Assembly (NCBI GenBank): GCA_022813865.1
Contig: JALDZX010000006.1
Coordinates: 496,001-560,000, forward strand
From: Xylographa opegraphella
Lineage: Eukaryota
DNA: 64,000 nt
Reading direction: 5' to 3'
The translations under genes and the position numbers were made by a program. Below are positions 25,247-37,481 of this stretch, in pieces; positions within the stretch are counted from its first letter, which is position 1, and every line of letters starts with the position of its first letter. Below the pieces are notes generated by a model, which was given only the letters and a program-made list of their open reading frames with translations, ran no database searches and was not told the origin of the DNA.

Positions 25247-27989
25247 ATGTCAGGCCGGAGCGCTCATGTGCGTGCAAGGAAGAACAAAGTCGCAGACGAA
25301 TCTTCACGGTCACAACACAGCCATGTCTACCCACAGCATGACAATCTCATCTATGGGTTGTCCGGGCCTCCAAAGGCAGGCCCGTCAAGGATTGTCAATC
25401 CTTCGTTTGTCACTGCCGACACCTCGCTTTTGCATCGTCGGTACTCAGTCTCCTCTGGCAGCAGCAGCTACAACTATGCTATGTCGCCACGATCGCCCCG
25501 CAGAGCTCGGCCTATCATAGTCCCTACAGCAATCGAGAAGAGCGATTTCCGTACCCATTTCGATGGAATGAGCAAGAGTATTCGTGGCAAGCTGGGGAGT
25601 CTTATCAAAGTGGGTGACGATCACGTTCAACAAGCCCGCATTGTCACGCATTACGACAACTCCAACAATAATTCCCATAGTACCGACTTCACTCCCTCGG
25701 TAACTGCAGTACCTTCCCTGAATCCAGTCACGCCTCCTGAAGGAGTTCATGGCCTAGGCATCACGTCTCCGACACCACAGCCAACACGTAATCGGCCCCG
25801 TGAACAGGGTTTGACCATGCCTATACGGAGGTTTGAAGGCGGGGGCAAAGGTCCCTCGACAGGTTGGAAATTGTTATCCAATGTAAGCAGTCACCTGACC
25901 AACCGCTTGAGTATCTGTTGATCAATGTCCCCAGAATCCGGAGCTATGGGATGATAACGGAGACACCTATGTATACATGTATGTGCGAGGATCTAGAACA
26001 AAGCCACCACCTTCTTTCCGTATCAATTCTGCAGTTGTATATCGGTCGGGGTCGAAATTTTTCATCGATGAACTACTTAGTGAATCTGTTCCTACAGGTT
26101 GGCCCCGCTTCTGCCCTAATGATTTGTCGTCTCCCGAAGACACTGAATCTACAGAAGATACTGTTGACTCGATGGACCTACCCCGGCATATAACTCCCCA
26201 TTCAGGCGCCTATCTGGACACCGAGGACAGAGACTGCCTTCGGTCTAGTGATCGTTGTAAAAAACGACGAGCCGCGAAAGGTAATGAAGGAATCTTGCAT
26301 GAGATATACGTTCCGTGGCCAGGAGTCGAAGCTCAGGTTCACTCCACTCTGTGGCACATAACTACGCGGAACTTCTTTGCTGTCATTTGTGATGCAGATT
26401 CTCTCATTGGAACCACGCTCTTTGAGTGTTTGACCAGACTTCGGGAACGGGTCGAGTCTTATCCAGATTATCTTGATCAAGGTGCAGACAAAGTCAAATT
26501 CATAACGAATTATGTTTTGAGGCACAAATTCGATGATGTCCGTAACCAGCCGTCATACGCCGCATCTATTCTTGCATTCAGCGAGTTGCCAGACGTTAAA
26601 TGGCGGGAAGGTTACGTTGAAGCATTCGTGCATTGTGTCGGTATGTTAAATACTGGGTTGAAAAGGGTTCCCGAGTGGCGGTTGATCCTGCCGCATACAA
26701 AGATGTTCATTGAGAACGCAAGCTTAGAAATGGAGGAGCGCATTCATCGAGCGCAAGGCTGGCTGTTTTCGTTCGACTTTACAGAGATGTGGCCAACTAC
26801 AAGCGCGCCCCCTTCCGCCGGACGGGCTGCCTTTGATAAATTCCGGAAATGGTTATGCAAGTACTACGAGAGCGTCTTTCTTCATTGGCCACTAGCGCCT
26901 AATGATACAACCTGGTTGACGCACGACAAAGTGGTTCGCTTAAGAAGAGATTTCTGTGGCTTGTATGACTACTTGGTAGACCGTGATGTCGTCTTCGACG
27001 GGTCCGAGTACCGTTCAGGGCAAAAATGGGCGATCACAGGAAAATCCGGGCAAGCATTCAGAGCAGATACGGCGGATCTGGCCTTTACCGATATACTTCT
27101 TGGTTTCGATGCCAGAAATGGCTTTCCTCACATCCCTCATCCATATCCTCATACGCCGCCTTCAGCACCGGTAGTCTTCAAGCCAAAGTCAACTTTTCAC
27201 CTGAAGAAACCGGCCACGCCAGCGGAGATAAACGCTCAATCACGCCGTAAAGCTCTATCGTATGCGCAAGCCACTAATGTCTACGTCCTGCGGAACCAGT
27301 ACATCAGCAGCGACCTAGTCAGCAATTTCATCCCCTTCGAGCAGGCAGATGCTATCGAGGCGACAGATCCCTTCGAAGCTCGCCGAGGACGCTGGCTTCT
27401 CATCTACGGCGTTCTTCAGGTTCTCGCCACTATTGGCGTTGACAGCCCAAACTTGCGTTATTCAGAGAATGTCAACTACCACCTCAGCCCGCAGATGAAA
27501 GGCGTCGTACCCTGGGCCGAAGCCGGTAGTCCCCTAGAAGAAGAAGCATGTCATACCCTCAGCCACTGCTGGCGTGTCCCAAAATCGTGGGCTCCTTCTG
27601 CACCGAAAGCGAAACCGGGATCTCACAAGCCGATCATCTGGGGCCAGTTTGGCGACGGTCGTTCCCGCGCAGATGAAAGCGAAGATAAAGGCCAAGTCAT
27701 CAAGGTCCGCGAGACGACCAGTACGAGCATTGGGAGGCTAAGGGCCGAAGAATGGGTCCACAACACTCCCGCGAACCCAACTGACTTTACGTCCGAAATT
27801 GGAGGGCCAATCGGATCGATCAGCTACGGGAGCAAGACCGAAGAACGCAAAGACAGCGGACTCAGCGGTACAGAAGGACTGACCGGGAGTAGCACCGCTG
27901 ACTCGTCCGACTCGGCAGCCATGGCCGCGAGGCGTCGGCGGGCGCAGGTACACGGTTTCACCGATTTCCAGGTTCCGAAGGGGTGGTGA
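25247..27989 (+). CDS. Conserved fungal protein of unknown function (DUF8004-like)
   Basis: Two ORFs joined by intron 25883-25934, giving NPELWDDNGDTYVYMY..RG..PSFRI; WHITTRNFFA, WREGYVEAFVHCVGM, DFCGLYDYLVD, ARRGRWLLIYGVLQVL. Family name assigned from memory of these motifs. Confidence 0.75.
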
Positions 27990-28431
27990 TTCAGCAGGGT
28001 CTCGGTATGGGAGATCGCTGTACGATGGTTTGGACCACGGTGGAACTTTTGGGTTATTTGGTAATTGGGTATCAACTGGGAGGCACATGACTGATCGGAT
28101 ATGCTTTGTGCAGAATATGATCTCTTGCACGGGGTTTTCTGTCACCAAATCTTCTCGCATCTACCGTCAGCTCCAAGCCACCATACCTATGCGCTGCTTT
28201 CTTTTACTTCACAGTCCGAGGTGACCTGCAGATGTTTCAAAGCACATGATAGTTTGTGCTGCAGATACTATGAGCTTCAGCGAGAATAAGAACATTCATC
28301 TCGAAGCCTTAAACTTGCTTGTAGTTCACGATGTGCGCATCCAGTTGCTCCTCAAACGCATTTGCCCCCCTTACCTGTTGGTTTTGTAGAATATGTGTAT
28401 ACAGGCTGTCTAGATGCTATGCTCGCCCTCG

Positions 28432-29551
28432 CTACCTTCCCCTCAACGCCCTCCCAGTCCACACATCCAGCTTGCTCATGTTCTTCTCCACCACGTCCCA
28501 GTCGATCCGCTCCCACCACGCCTCCAGGAACTGCCTCTTGCCTCCCACGCCGTAGTCGCGCAACCACACATGCTCCCACGTGTTGACTCCCAGCAGCACC
28601 TCCAGATCCTGGCCCCCCGGCGCCAGCTTCTTGTCCGCCCGCGCGTATGGACCCATCACCCCGGCGGTGCCCTGCGGTCGCGACGCCAGGCTCATCGCGT
28701 ACGCCTGCGGGTTCGTCCCGCCGGCAATGTCGGTGGCCGTGGTGGCCATGTCGACGGGCTGCAGCCGGAAGTGCGCGCCCGGGTAGGGCGAGCCGGCGAT
28801 GTAGGTCGTGAGGATGGCGAGGGGAGGGCTGGAGCTCGCGATCGGGGGGCTAGTGAGCCGCACGAGCCAGACGAAGCCAGGGCCGAAGAGGGCGTTGGCG
28901 GTGGCGAGGAAGGTGCTACGGAGGGAGGGGAGGGAGGAGAAGGATTTGTTGATCAGGGGCAGGAGGGCGTCGGAGGGGTGGGTATGTTTGGGGGACTGGG
29001 AAAAATCGGGGTTCAGTATGTCTGTTGTAATCACTGGCGTTGGTGTAAGGTAGGGAGACGTACCAGCGTGCTGAAGAAGTGATGGTTGTTGTGGGCCATG
29101 GAGGCGTGGTTGAAGAGGGATGCCTTGGAGGGGTCGCGAGCATACTTGATGGCTAAATTCTTGGTGAGAGCGGTTTCATCGCTGGTATCTAGTCGGGGAC
29201 GTCAGTCTTCGGGTGTCGAAGTCGTTGTGATTCGGACGGTGGCATACGTGCTGTCAAGGCATTGAGTTTTGCGATCAAATAGCTTTGGTACGTCGTCCAT
29301 GCTATTTGGTAGCCTTCCGTTCCAAGAAGGCCGGGGACGCCATCCCTCTCGAACTGCTCTCCGTGTGTCAATCGGGGGACCTGATGGCCCAGATGCCGCC
29401 TTTGCGGGCTTCGGACAGTTATTGGGATTTCCTATGACGGTGACGATGGTTAGCAATAGTAGTTCCTGCGACACCCGCAACCGTGACGTACGGAAATAAC
29501 AGCGCCAGCACGCAGGACACGCTGCTGCTGCCCGGCTCGTGAGAATATCAT
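28432..29551 (-). CDS. Fe/Mn-SOD-like mitochondrial small-subunit ribosomal protein (Mrp1/Rsm26-like), multi-exon
   Basis: Arg-rich presequence; VPGLLGTEGYQIAWTTYQSYLIAKLNALT; ASLFNHASMAHNNHHFF; FGPGFVWLV; TYIAGSP; LLGVNTWEHVWLRDYG..K..FLEAWWERIDW. The SOD fold lacks the canonical metal ligands. Confidence 0.88.
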
Positions 29552-30150
29552 AGACGTGAAGGCGAACGGTATTGTCGTGGAGCTTTCGTGAATCTTTTGA
29601 GGCTCTTCTATTTTTGATACACTAGCGCGATCTGGCAGAGGCCAGGAGCCAATCAGAATGTTTCACCGGATTCTGTTGCCCTCATCTTCACACAGCGCAA
29701 CCGCTCCTCAGCGTCAACTTCTCCCAGGGTTACCTCCTCTCGGGGCCAGACATCCTTTCGTTGGGAAGAGTCATACAAAGGTGAGGGAAACTATGAGCTT
29801 GTTTGACGTCCAATAATACCACAATGGGCGCGTGGCACGCCTTGAACAATCCCGCAATCAACAATGAACCTCCTACGTCGTGAATCTACACGCCGAGTCA
29901 GTAGGGCTTTCATGGCGTGGGTCACCACCAGCCGGCCTGCTGCATCTCATCGTCATCCAGTCCTCTTTCCTTTGTACAATCTTCTTGTCTACAATACCTT
30001 CACTACGTTGTCGATTGTTCTCGAGTTCCTTGTCACCGAGAACCCTCTTTGTTCTTCTTATTCATTGAGCACCATTTGACAATTTCTATTGCCACGAGCC
30101 TGGATAGCGTTCTCAAATCATTCTCAAATTTTGCGATATCATCTATCAAC

Positions 30151-31293
30151 ATGGCCACAATACCGTTGCTAAGGCTCACCGCGGCATGCCTCATTTCCCT
30201 CTCACTTCCAACTATCACAGCACTCTCCACGCCCGTCGCCACTGCTTCCTTGATAAATTTCGTCAGCGGAGACTCGCTCACATGCGGAGGTCTGGCAAAT
30301 TTTACGGTGTGCGGTCAAGGCCTTCCTCCAGAGTTCTGCTGCCCATCGGCGGATATTTGCAATCCATTCAACAACGGTGCTTCGGTCATCTGCTGTCCGC
30401 CAGGAAAGGACTGCAGAAACATACAACCTATACCATGCGATATCAACGCCCTCAACGCGACCACATTTCCCCAAAATCCACTACATACCACCGACCTCAC
30501 AACCCCACTGCAAATCTGTGGCTCTGGTTGCTGTTCCAAAGGATACTCTTGCGTGGGGGGTCAATGTTCGGTCAACAGCCCAAGTTCGGCCTCTTCTACA
30601 ACTTCAGGCGCTTCCTCTACAGCTACTCCCACGCTAAGTAGCACTACGACCTCAAACAGCGCGACAACCACACCAACAGGCGCTGCAGCTATCACGTCGG
30701 GCCAAGCCTCGGCATCTATACAGTGTAACGCCTTCCCTGTCTTAGCCATAATTGCGGGCTTCTTTCCAGGCCTGGTCTCAGGAGCGCTCCTCACAATCCT
30801 CATCATCATGTGTTTCGGGCGCCATCGCGAAAAGCGCGACAAGAGCGACTTCGGCCACGTCAAAGCAATGGTCTCAGACCCGATATACAACGAAGCTGGC
30901 GCTACACGCACCGATTTTCTACGACATGGGTCGAGTTCGAAGAAGAACTCGTCATCCATCAGGAGTAGTTCTCGCGTTCGGTCACTCTTTTCCCGCACTT
31001 CAAGCCCACGATTCCACGAAGATTCGGGCTTGAACATGACTACCATGCCCCGCACACCCGAGAACAAGACAAACGGGGCGAGGAGAGAGCCGAGTCTGGA
31101 AAGCATCAAGATCTACTCGCCGCCGGACGGCAGGTTTGGAGCGACGTCGCCGACGGGTTCGGGCCGCACGACCTTCTCGACCATGATGGCGCATGTGGGC
31201 TTGCGGCAGGACGAACCCTATACCGGGTATACGGGCAGAGCGAGCGTGGTGGATCCTCGGAGTAGAGGGCTGGGGAATGGCCAGATAAGATGA
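30151..31293 (+). CDS. Single-pass cell-surface protein (signal peptide, Cys-rich domain, S/T stalk, TM, cytoplasmic tail; Mid2/Wsc-like architecture)
   Basis: MATIPLLRLTAACLISLSLPTITA; Cys-rich CCP..C....ICCP region; Ser/Thr run; TM AIIAGFFPGLVSGALLTILIIMCF; basic stop-transfer; SDPIY..RTDFL motif. Confidence 0.8.
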   Translation: MATIPLLRLTAACLISLSLPTITALSTPVATASLINFVSGDSLTCGGLANFTVCGQGLPPEFCCPSADICNPFNNGASVICCPPGKDCRNIQPIPCDINALNATTFPQNPLHTTDLTTPLQICGSGCCSKGYSCVGGQCSVNSPSSASSTTSGASSTATPTLSSTTTSNSATTTPTGAAAITSGQASASIQCNAFPVLAIIAGFFPGLVSGALLTILIIMCFGRHREKRDKSDFGHVKAMVSDPIYNEAGATRTDFLRHGSSSKKNSSSIRSSSRVRSLFSRTSSPRFHEDSGLNMTTMPRTPENKTNGARREPSLESIKIYSPPDGRFGATSPTGSGRTTFSTMMAHVGLRQDEPYTGYTGRASVVDPRSRGLGNGQIR

Positions 31294-31835
31294 TGCATGC
31301 TCTGTTGTGTCTTTCTGTTGTTTGCAAAGCGAAGCGTTGGAGGATGTTTTGAACCTTGTGTGATGAGGTCGGGTTACCGTATTACCTGTTGAGCTGGACG
31401 AATATAATATGATCACACCCCACAAAACTTCCTTCTCTACACTTGTGTGCATTTACGTTTTGTGACTGTGAACCAAATTCGGCACGATTAATGCGCGATC
31501 TAGTGATCCCTCCACGTTAAACCGAGGACTTCGAAGATTGCCGAGGATGAAGCCCGCGGACCGTTTGCAAATCGGCAGATGTGCATGCCGGATGTCACTA
31601 AACCCAGTACGAGATTCCAACCAGCAGCTTTTCGTCCAATTGGTCAGCGGACACGCATGCCCTACTAGTAAAGTAGAGTGGGCGGACGGAGCGCAGATAG
31701 AAAACGTCATCGAAGCCCCACATTCACAATTCACATTCCGCTCGTGGAAGGGGGTTTGAAGCAAAATCTTTCATTCTAGCAAACGACCACAACATCCTCC
31801 CCTCCTCCAAGATCAATCCAAAGCACAATCTCACC

Positions 31836-32805
31836 ATGTCTACCGGCGTCGGCATTTCCTCCTGCTGCGTGTCCGGCAACATCCACTCCGGTAGCCCGAC
31901 CGGCCGCGTCGAAACCATCGGCGGCATCCAGACCTACGTCGCGGAGCCCCCGTCCGGGTCAAAAGCCAAAACCGTCATCTTCCTCGTCGACATCTTCGGC
32001 TGGGAGCTGCCCGTACGTCCCGTTTGCAATGCGCAACCCCGAAAAAGTCCAATTGCGGGTGCTAAAAAAAATGATTATAGAACGTGCGCCTGCTCGCCGA
32101 CCAGTATGCCAAAGCCGGCGGCTTCTACTGCTACGTCCCGGACGTGCACGACGGCGACTCGCTCCCGCTGTCCTTCCTCCAGAACGTCGAGCCGCCGCTG
32201 AAGGACAAGGAGCAGCTCACCATGGTGGATAAGGCGAAGAACGCGGCCATCGTGCCGACCACTCTGGGCCCGTGGCTGATAACCCACCGCGAGGCTGTCA
32301 GCCGCCCGAAGATCGACGGCTTCGTCAACGCCGTGCGCATGATCCCGGGGACGAACAAGATTGGGGCGATCGGATTCTGCTGGTAGGGACAACTCCGTGT
32401 TCTGCGGCGGCAATTGGACTGATGTGGTGTTTTAGGGGCGGTCGCTACGCTATCCTGCAAGCGCATGGGCAGTCCAAGGATGCGGACGGCTCGAGCGTGG
32501 GAGGTGTGGACGCGGCGTTTGCGTGCCACCCGAGCTTGGTTGCCATTCCGGGCGACTTCAACCCGGTGACGAAGCCGCTGAGCTTGGCGCTTGGGACGAA
32601 GGACAGTTTGTTGGATATGGATAGCATCGGGAAGATCCAGGATTTGTTGGCAAAGAAGACAGATGTGCAGCATGAGATCCGGCTGTACGAGGACCAGGTG
32701 CATGGCTTTGCCCTGAGGGGAGACTTCAGCTCCGAGAAGGATAAGAAGAGCCAGGACGAGGCCGCGCAGCAAGGGATGGAGTGGTTCGCGAAGTATCTTT
32801 CGTGA
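31836..32805 (+). CDS. Dienelactone hydrolase family protein
   Basis: CCVSGNIHSGSPTG, DIFGWELP/NVRLLAD, nucleophile motif IGAIGFCW/GG (split by an intron), CHPS, YEDQVHGFALRGD; two introns. Confidence 0.92.
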
Positions 32806-33313
32806 GAGATCGATGATGCTTGGGCTGAAGTAGCTGTTTGTGATATATAATTTCGACTTGTTCTCTATCTGAGCTTCTCGAGTTTCGGATTCGGTCCAAT
32901 CCCCGCGTTCATTCAAGCCGTTGATCATTATCGGATAATGGCGTCCTCGTTCTGACATTGTGACTGATCATAATGTGACTCAGAATCAGTCTGCGGTAAA
33001 ATCACACCTTCTCGCCTTGAGCGGTGGTTTTCTCCGTCTATACGGCTTCGAGTGAGTACCTCAATGATGACAGATTGCGATGCTCGAATAAAACTGTCTT
33101 TGCTGCGTGGAGTCCATCACACGCTGATGCTATGACCATGTAGCACCGACTGGATAACGGTGGCCATTTCTAGTTGAACATTCTTCACGTGGGGGGCAGA
33201 CCATTGCCCTCATAAACCTCAAAGTTGAATGGCCATGACTCTTCACCGACTACCAGACAGACGGTTCTCACACCAGATCGATGAGCGCAAGCTGCCACCA
33301 ACCCTCAAGCTCT

Positions 33314-33653
33314 TTAAACCATAATATTCTTGATCCCCGGCGAGGAATAAATCTCCAACTGGCGCTGCCCCTTGCGGAGCAGATACTCCACGGCGGCGAA
33401 GTCCCTCCTATCCAGCAGCGAATTCTTCTTAAACTCATTCCTGTATCCCATAAGCACGACCCCGTGAGCCCCAACTACTATCCTACATACCTGGCGTAAT
33501 TCCGGAAATTCGATTGCACCTCCTTTGCAATCGTTCAGTATATAGTTGAAATCTGACTGTTTATGGATGACGTACTGTGGGCTTCTTGCTTGCTTCTCGC
33601 AAGCACTTGCGATATAATGCCAGGACCTCCCGCTGCAGTCCCGACAGCCTCAT
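33314..33653 (-). CDS. SDH6: Succinate dehydrogenase assembly factor 1 (LYR-motif protein Sdh6/SDHAF1), 78 aa
   Basis: Exons 33576-33653, 33491-33522 and 33314-33440 (GT-AG introns 33523-33575 and 33441-33490) splice to MRLSGLQREVLALYRKCLREASKKPTEVQSNFRNYARNEFKKNSLLDRRDFAAVEYLLRKGQRQLEIYSSPGIKNIMV. Not in the ORF track. Confidence 0.93.
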
Positions 33654-33968
33654 CGCGGACACCGAGCTCTCTCAGTGCTATTGAGTGTGTGAAGACATGC
33701 CCATTACCTCCAAGAGAAAGTCGATGATGAAGCAAAGAGACCAATCGGCAACCAACCTTCTATAGCGCCTCGGTAAACCTTGCGGCTGTTGTTGAGCTTC
33801 CCCATGTTCTATCTACCCGGATAAATTATGACATCGTTGGAGCTTCGGGCGATAACTTTCTGGTGTTTCAATGAGATCTCAATTTGGAAATTGGGACATT
33901 TCTAAAGCGAGCTTTATTTATTGTACGAACAGCTTGCGCCTGGCCACGCACAAGCACATCTATTCATA

Positions 33969-35134
33969 ATGCCCACTTTCACGGTAGTCCGCCAGCATAT
34001 TAGGGTTTCTTGACATAACTAAGATTCCTCGCAGCGTCTCGTGCGGTTCCTGTCGAAGGACGGAAAAACATACTATGGCGATGCTATTTTGCCCAAAGGC
34101 GTCAACGACATTGCCAAGATCACTCAAGCACACATCATCAAAGGCGACATCTTCGGCAAGCACGATGTCACAGACCAAATCGCTGTTAGTGGTACATTTC
34201 ATCGGTTCGTCTTGCCGCGCTGATTGCCCGTTCAGGAAGTAAAGACGCTGCTTGCGCCGCTGCAAAGCAAGGACGTCGGCTCCGTCCGCTGTTTGGGTCT
34301 CAACTATGCGAGGCACGCCAAAGAGGTATGCTCGACCACTCAGCATTTCAAAGCCATTGCCTGCTCTCAAGATATGGTTCCTCCATCGTAGAACCGGCTA
34401 ACTTCTCTTGCGCAGGCCAATATGCCTCAACCGAGCTACCCAATCCTTTTTCACAAGCCTCCAACTTCGCTGACCGGGCCTTCATCACCGATTCCTATTC
34501 CGCTCCCCGCCCAGGAAGCCCCCGGCTTGGACTACGAATGCGAGCTTGTCGTCATCATTTCGAAACCCACTCTCAACGTCTCGACCGCAGATGCACTCTC
34601 CCATGTCCTTGGTTACAGCGTGGGCAACGACGTCTCGCATCGCGAATGGCAGCTGAAGCGTGGAGGCGGACAGTGGGCGCTAGGTAAATGCTTTGACGGA
34701 TGGGCGCCGTGGGGTCCTGGGATCGTCAGCGGCGAGGTCCTTGGAGATCCCACAGGGTTGAGGATCAGCACGAAGGTGAACGGGGAGTTGAGACAGCAGG
34801 GCGAGACCGGCGATCTGATCTTCGGCGTTGCGGAAACTGTCAGCAAATTGAGTAGGGGAACAACGCTCCTACCAGGAGACTTGATCTTCACTGGGACGTG
34901 AGTGCTATCCTTCACCCTAATTGATGTCGGCAACCACAGCCTACACTCTGAGAAAATTATCTTCGCTTTTGACAGACTTGCTAACCACGATCGTATTCAA
35001 GGCCCGAGGGCGTCGCGATGGGAATGAGCCCGCCCAAGTGGTTGAAGGATGGAGATGTGGTGGAGGTGAGTCTTGAAGGTGTAGGGACGTGCACGAACAA
35101 GGTAGAGTTCGTGAAGGAGAAGGCGAAGTTGTAG
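33969..35134 (+). CDS. Fumarylacetoacetate hydrolase family protein, multi-exon
   Basis: RLVRFLSKDG, CLGLNYARHAKE, YPILFHKP, LDYECEL, GYSVGNDVSHR, GKCFDGWAPWGP, LPGDLIFTGT/PEGV; C-terminal AKL is a PTS1. Confidence 0.93.
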
Positions 35135-35263
35135 TATTTGGCGGAAAGGCATCGTCAGACTGCCTTGCAGTGCATAACCTGTTCCTACCGATCGTCCTAG
35201 CTTTCTACTAGAGCGTCCTGCAGCACTCCAGTAATAAGACATCTGAAACGCTCTTTCTGAGCT

Positions 35264-35936
35264 CTAATCGCCCTTCACACCCACTTGTTCTATCGGCTCT
35301 CGTATAAGCTTCTTTCGCTCTTCCCCCAGAACTACTGTATAGATATTAGACACCGTTGTCCAAGTCCATGTTTTATTTGACTGTCCACTCAAAGCTTCCA
35401 GCACTTGAGTGAAGCAGATTAATCATTGGACTCCACTTACAGCGTTCCCACAAAACCCAACTCGTCACAATCGCAATCGGCGCTGCTACCATGGCGAGCG
35501 TAATCCTTCTTGCCGCAGCTTTATAGTTCTTGGGCAGGCTTCCATCCTTGATTTTCGGAACGGGACGAGAGGAATGAGCGTGGGTGCTCAGGGTCGAAAC
35601 TGCGAAGGCGTTCAGAGAGGATGGAGAAATGTGGGGTATTTTCGACGCAGCGGGTTGGATGGAGCTTGGCGGTGAGGGAGCTTGGACGGGATTATCGGGC
35701 TGTTGCGGAGAGATGAAGCGGTTCGTAGAGTCTTGCAGTGATGAATCCGCTTGCCATGGTATTCCAGATGCGTGTGTTTTGTGGGTGCTTGCTGGGGGTT
35801 TGGGCTTTGCCCATAGTGCTGTTGTGGCGGTGGTCTTCTGCCCGCCAGTGGTTGCTGTGTGGAAGGAATTATGTGTTGGTAAAGACCTCGGAATATGGCG
35901 AGTTGTAAGCTTTTGATGAGCAAGAAGAGGCGCCAT
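35264..35936 (-). CDS. Small hypothetical membrane protein, possibly mitochondrial
   Basis: ORF with C-terminal block YKAAARRITLAMVAAPIAIVTSWVLWER; intron 35335-35440 splices to LVLGEERKKLIREPIEQVGVKGD-stop. Confidence 0.7.
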
Positions 35937-36214
35937 CCACCGGTAGGTGATCATATGTTTTGCAGAAATCAATCAAGGATTGGAGTTCGGGTTCGCGACT
36001 GTTTCTCCAAGATATTCCTTAGGGGCATGTATTAGTTGATCTTAGTTGACATGGTCCCTGGAACGTCAGGGAGGTTTTCCGTTGGTGCTTATTCGGTTAG
36101 CGTTTCCCCAGATCCTTACCCGAGAAAGTGACGTAGAAAAAGTTGATCATTCTTCCTTCCATATCTACCAAGACAGCTATGTAACTTCAGCCGAACACAG
36201 TTCTGGCTTTCAGA

Positions 36215-37481
36215 ATGCTGCGATCATATTTTTCTCTACTGTGCTATCATCTTCTCATTTTCAGTATTGGCACAAGTGGATTGCCAACGTTCCAGGCACC
36301 GTTGATCGCTCCTTCGGCATTGCGCCTTAACAGGACCGTATCCAAAGAGCTCTTCTACGAGCTCGAAGAGCTAGCACGCATTGTTGATATATCATACTGT
36401 GTAGGAACAACTGGCATACAGAAGCCGTTCCTTTGCGCAAGTCGATGTCAAGAATTTCCGGCGTTCGAACTCGTTACGGTATGCACAATGTTGAATCTGA
36501 TGCTCGTTTTGTTCACTAACATAACAGCAGACTTGGAATACAGGACCATTACTTGCAGATTCATGCGGCTACATTGCTGTATCCCACTTCCCTTCACCTA
36601 AGCGTATAATTGTGGCTTTCAGAGGGACTTATTCAGTGGCCAATACCATTATCGACTTATCCACTATTCCCCAGGAGTATGCTCCTTATCCTGGCGAAGA
36701 TGGCGGAGATGGTCCGAGCGAGTCTATTTTTGACCTATTATGGAGGCCTCTGAAGCACGTTCGACGTATGACAGAGGACAAGTGCGATAACTGTACAGTC
36801 CATTTAGGATTTATGACTTCATGGTGGCATACGCGGGCGGAGATTCTCCCTCACTTGGAAAAGGCTATCAAGAAATACCCCGACTATCAGCTCACGCTGG
36901 TGGGACATTCTTTAGGAGGAGCTGTAGCGGCTCTGGCATCACTGGAGTTCAAGGCTCGCGGCTGGCATCCTAAGGTCACCACTTTCGGTGAACCTCGCAT
37001 TGGGAATCAACCGTTGATGAAGTACATCGATGACAGATTCTTACCCTCAAGCGAGGATGATTCCGCTGCTATGTTTAGACGCGTAACTCATGTTGATGAC
37101 CCTGTTCCACTTCTTCCTCTCGAGGAGTGGGGATACAAAATGCACGCTGGCGAAGTCTTCATATCGAAACCCGAGTTGTCTCCATTGATTAGTGATATTC
37201 AGCATTGTGAAGGAGACGAGGATCCTCACTGTATAACTGGCGGCGATTCCACGAATATGGCACCTGCTGATGACGAGACCGACCACTGGCTTAAACTTGC
37301 CAACCTAACCGAAATTTGGAACGATGGTACTCGAGTTCTCGCAATACCTGCGCGCTTTAAGCTGTGGCAGCTTTTTTTCGCACACAGAGACTATTTCTGG
37401 CGGCTCGGATTATGTATCCCTGGGGGTGACCCCAGGGATTGGTATAGAAAATATCCTCATAACGAGACAGACGAGTTGTGA
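36215..37481 (+). CDS. Secreted class 3 lipase
   Basis: Signal peptide; ELEELARIVDISYC; intron 36479-36530; VAFRGTYS, VHLGF, nucleophile motif GHSLGG, TTFGEPRIGN, RVTHVDDPVPLLP, AHRDYF. Confidence 0.95.

Noticed and set aside
28432..29551. Active superoxide dismutase
   Set aside because: Canonical metal ligands (HHxKH, DxWEH) are missing; it fits the SOD-fold mitoribosomal proteins better.
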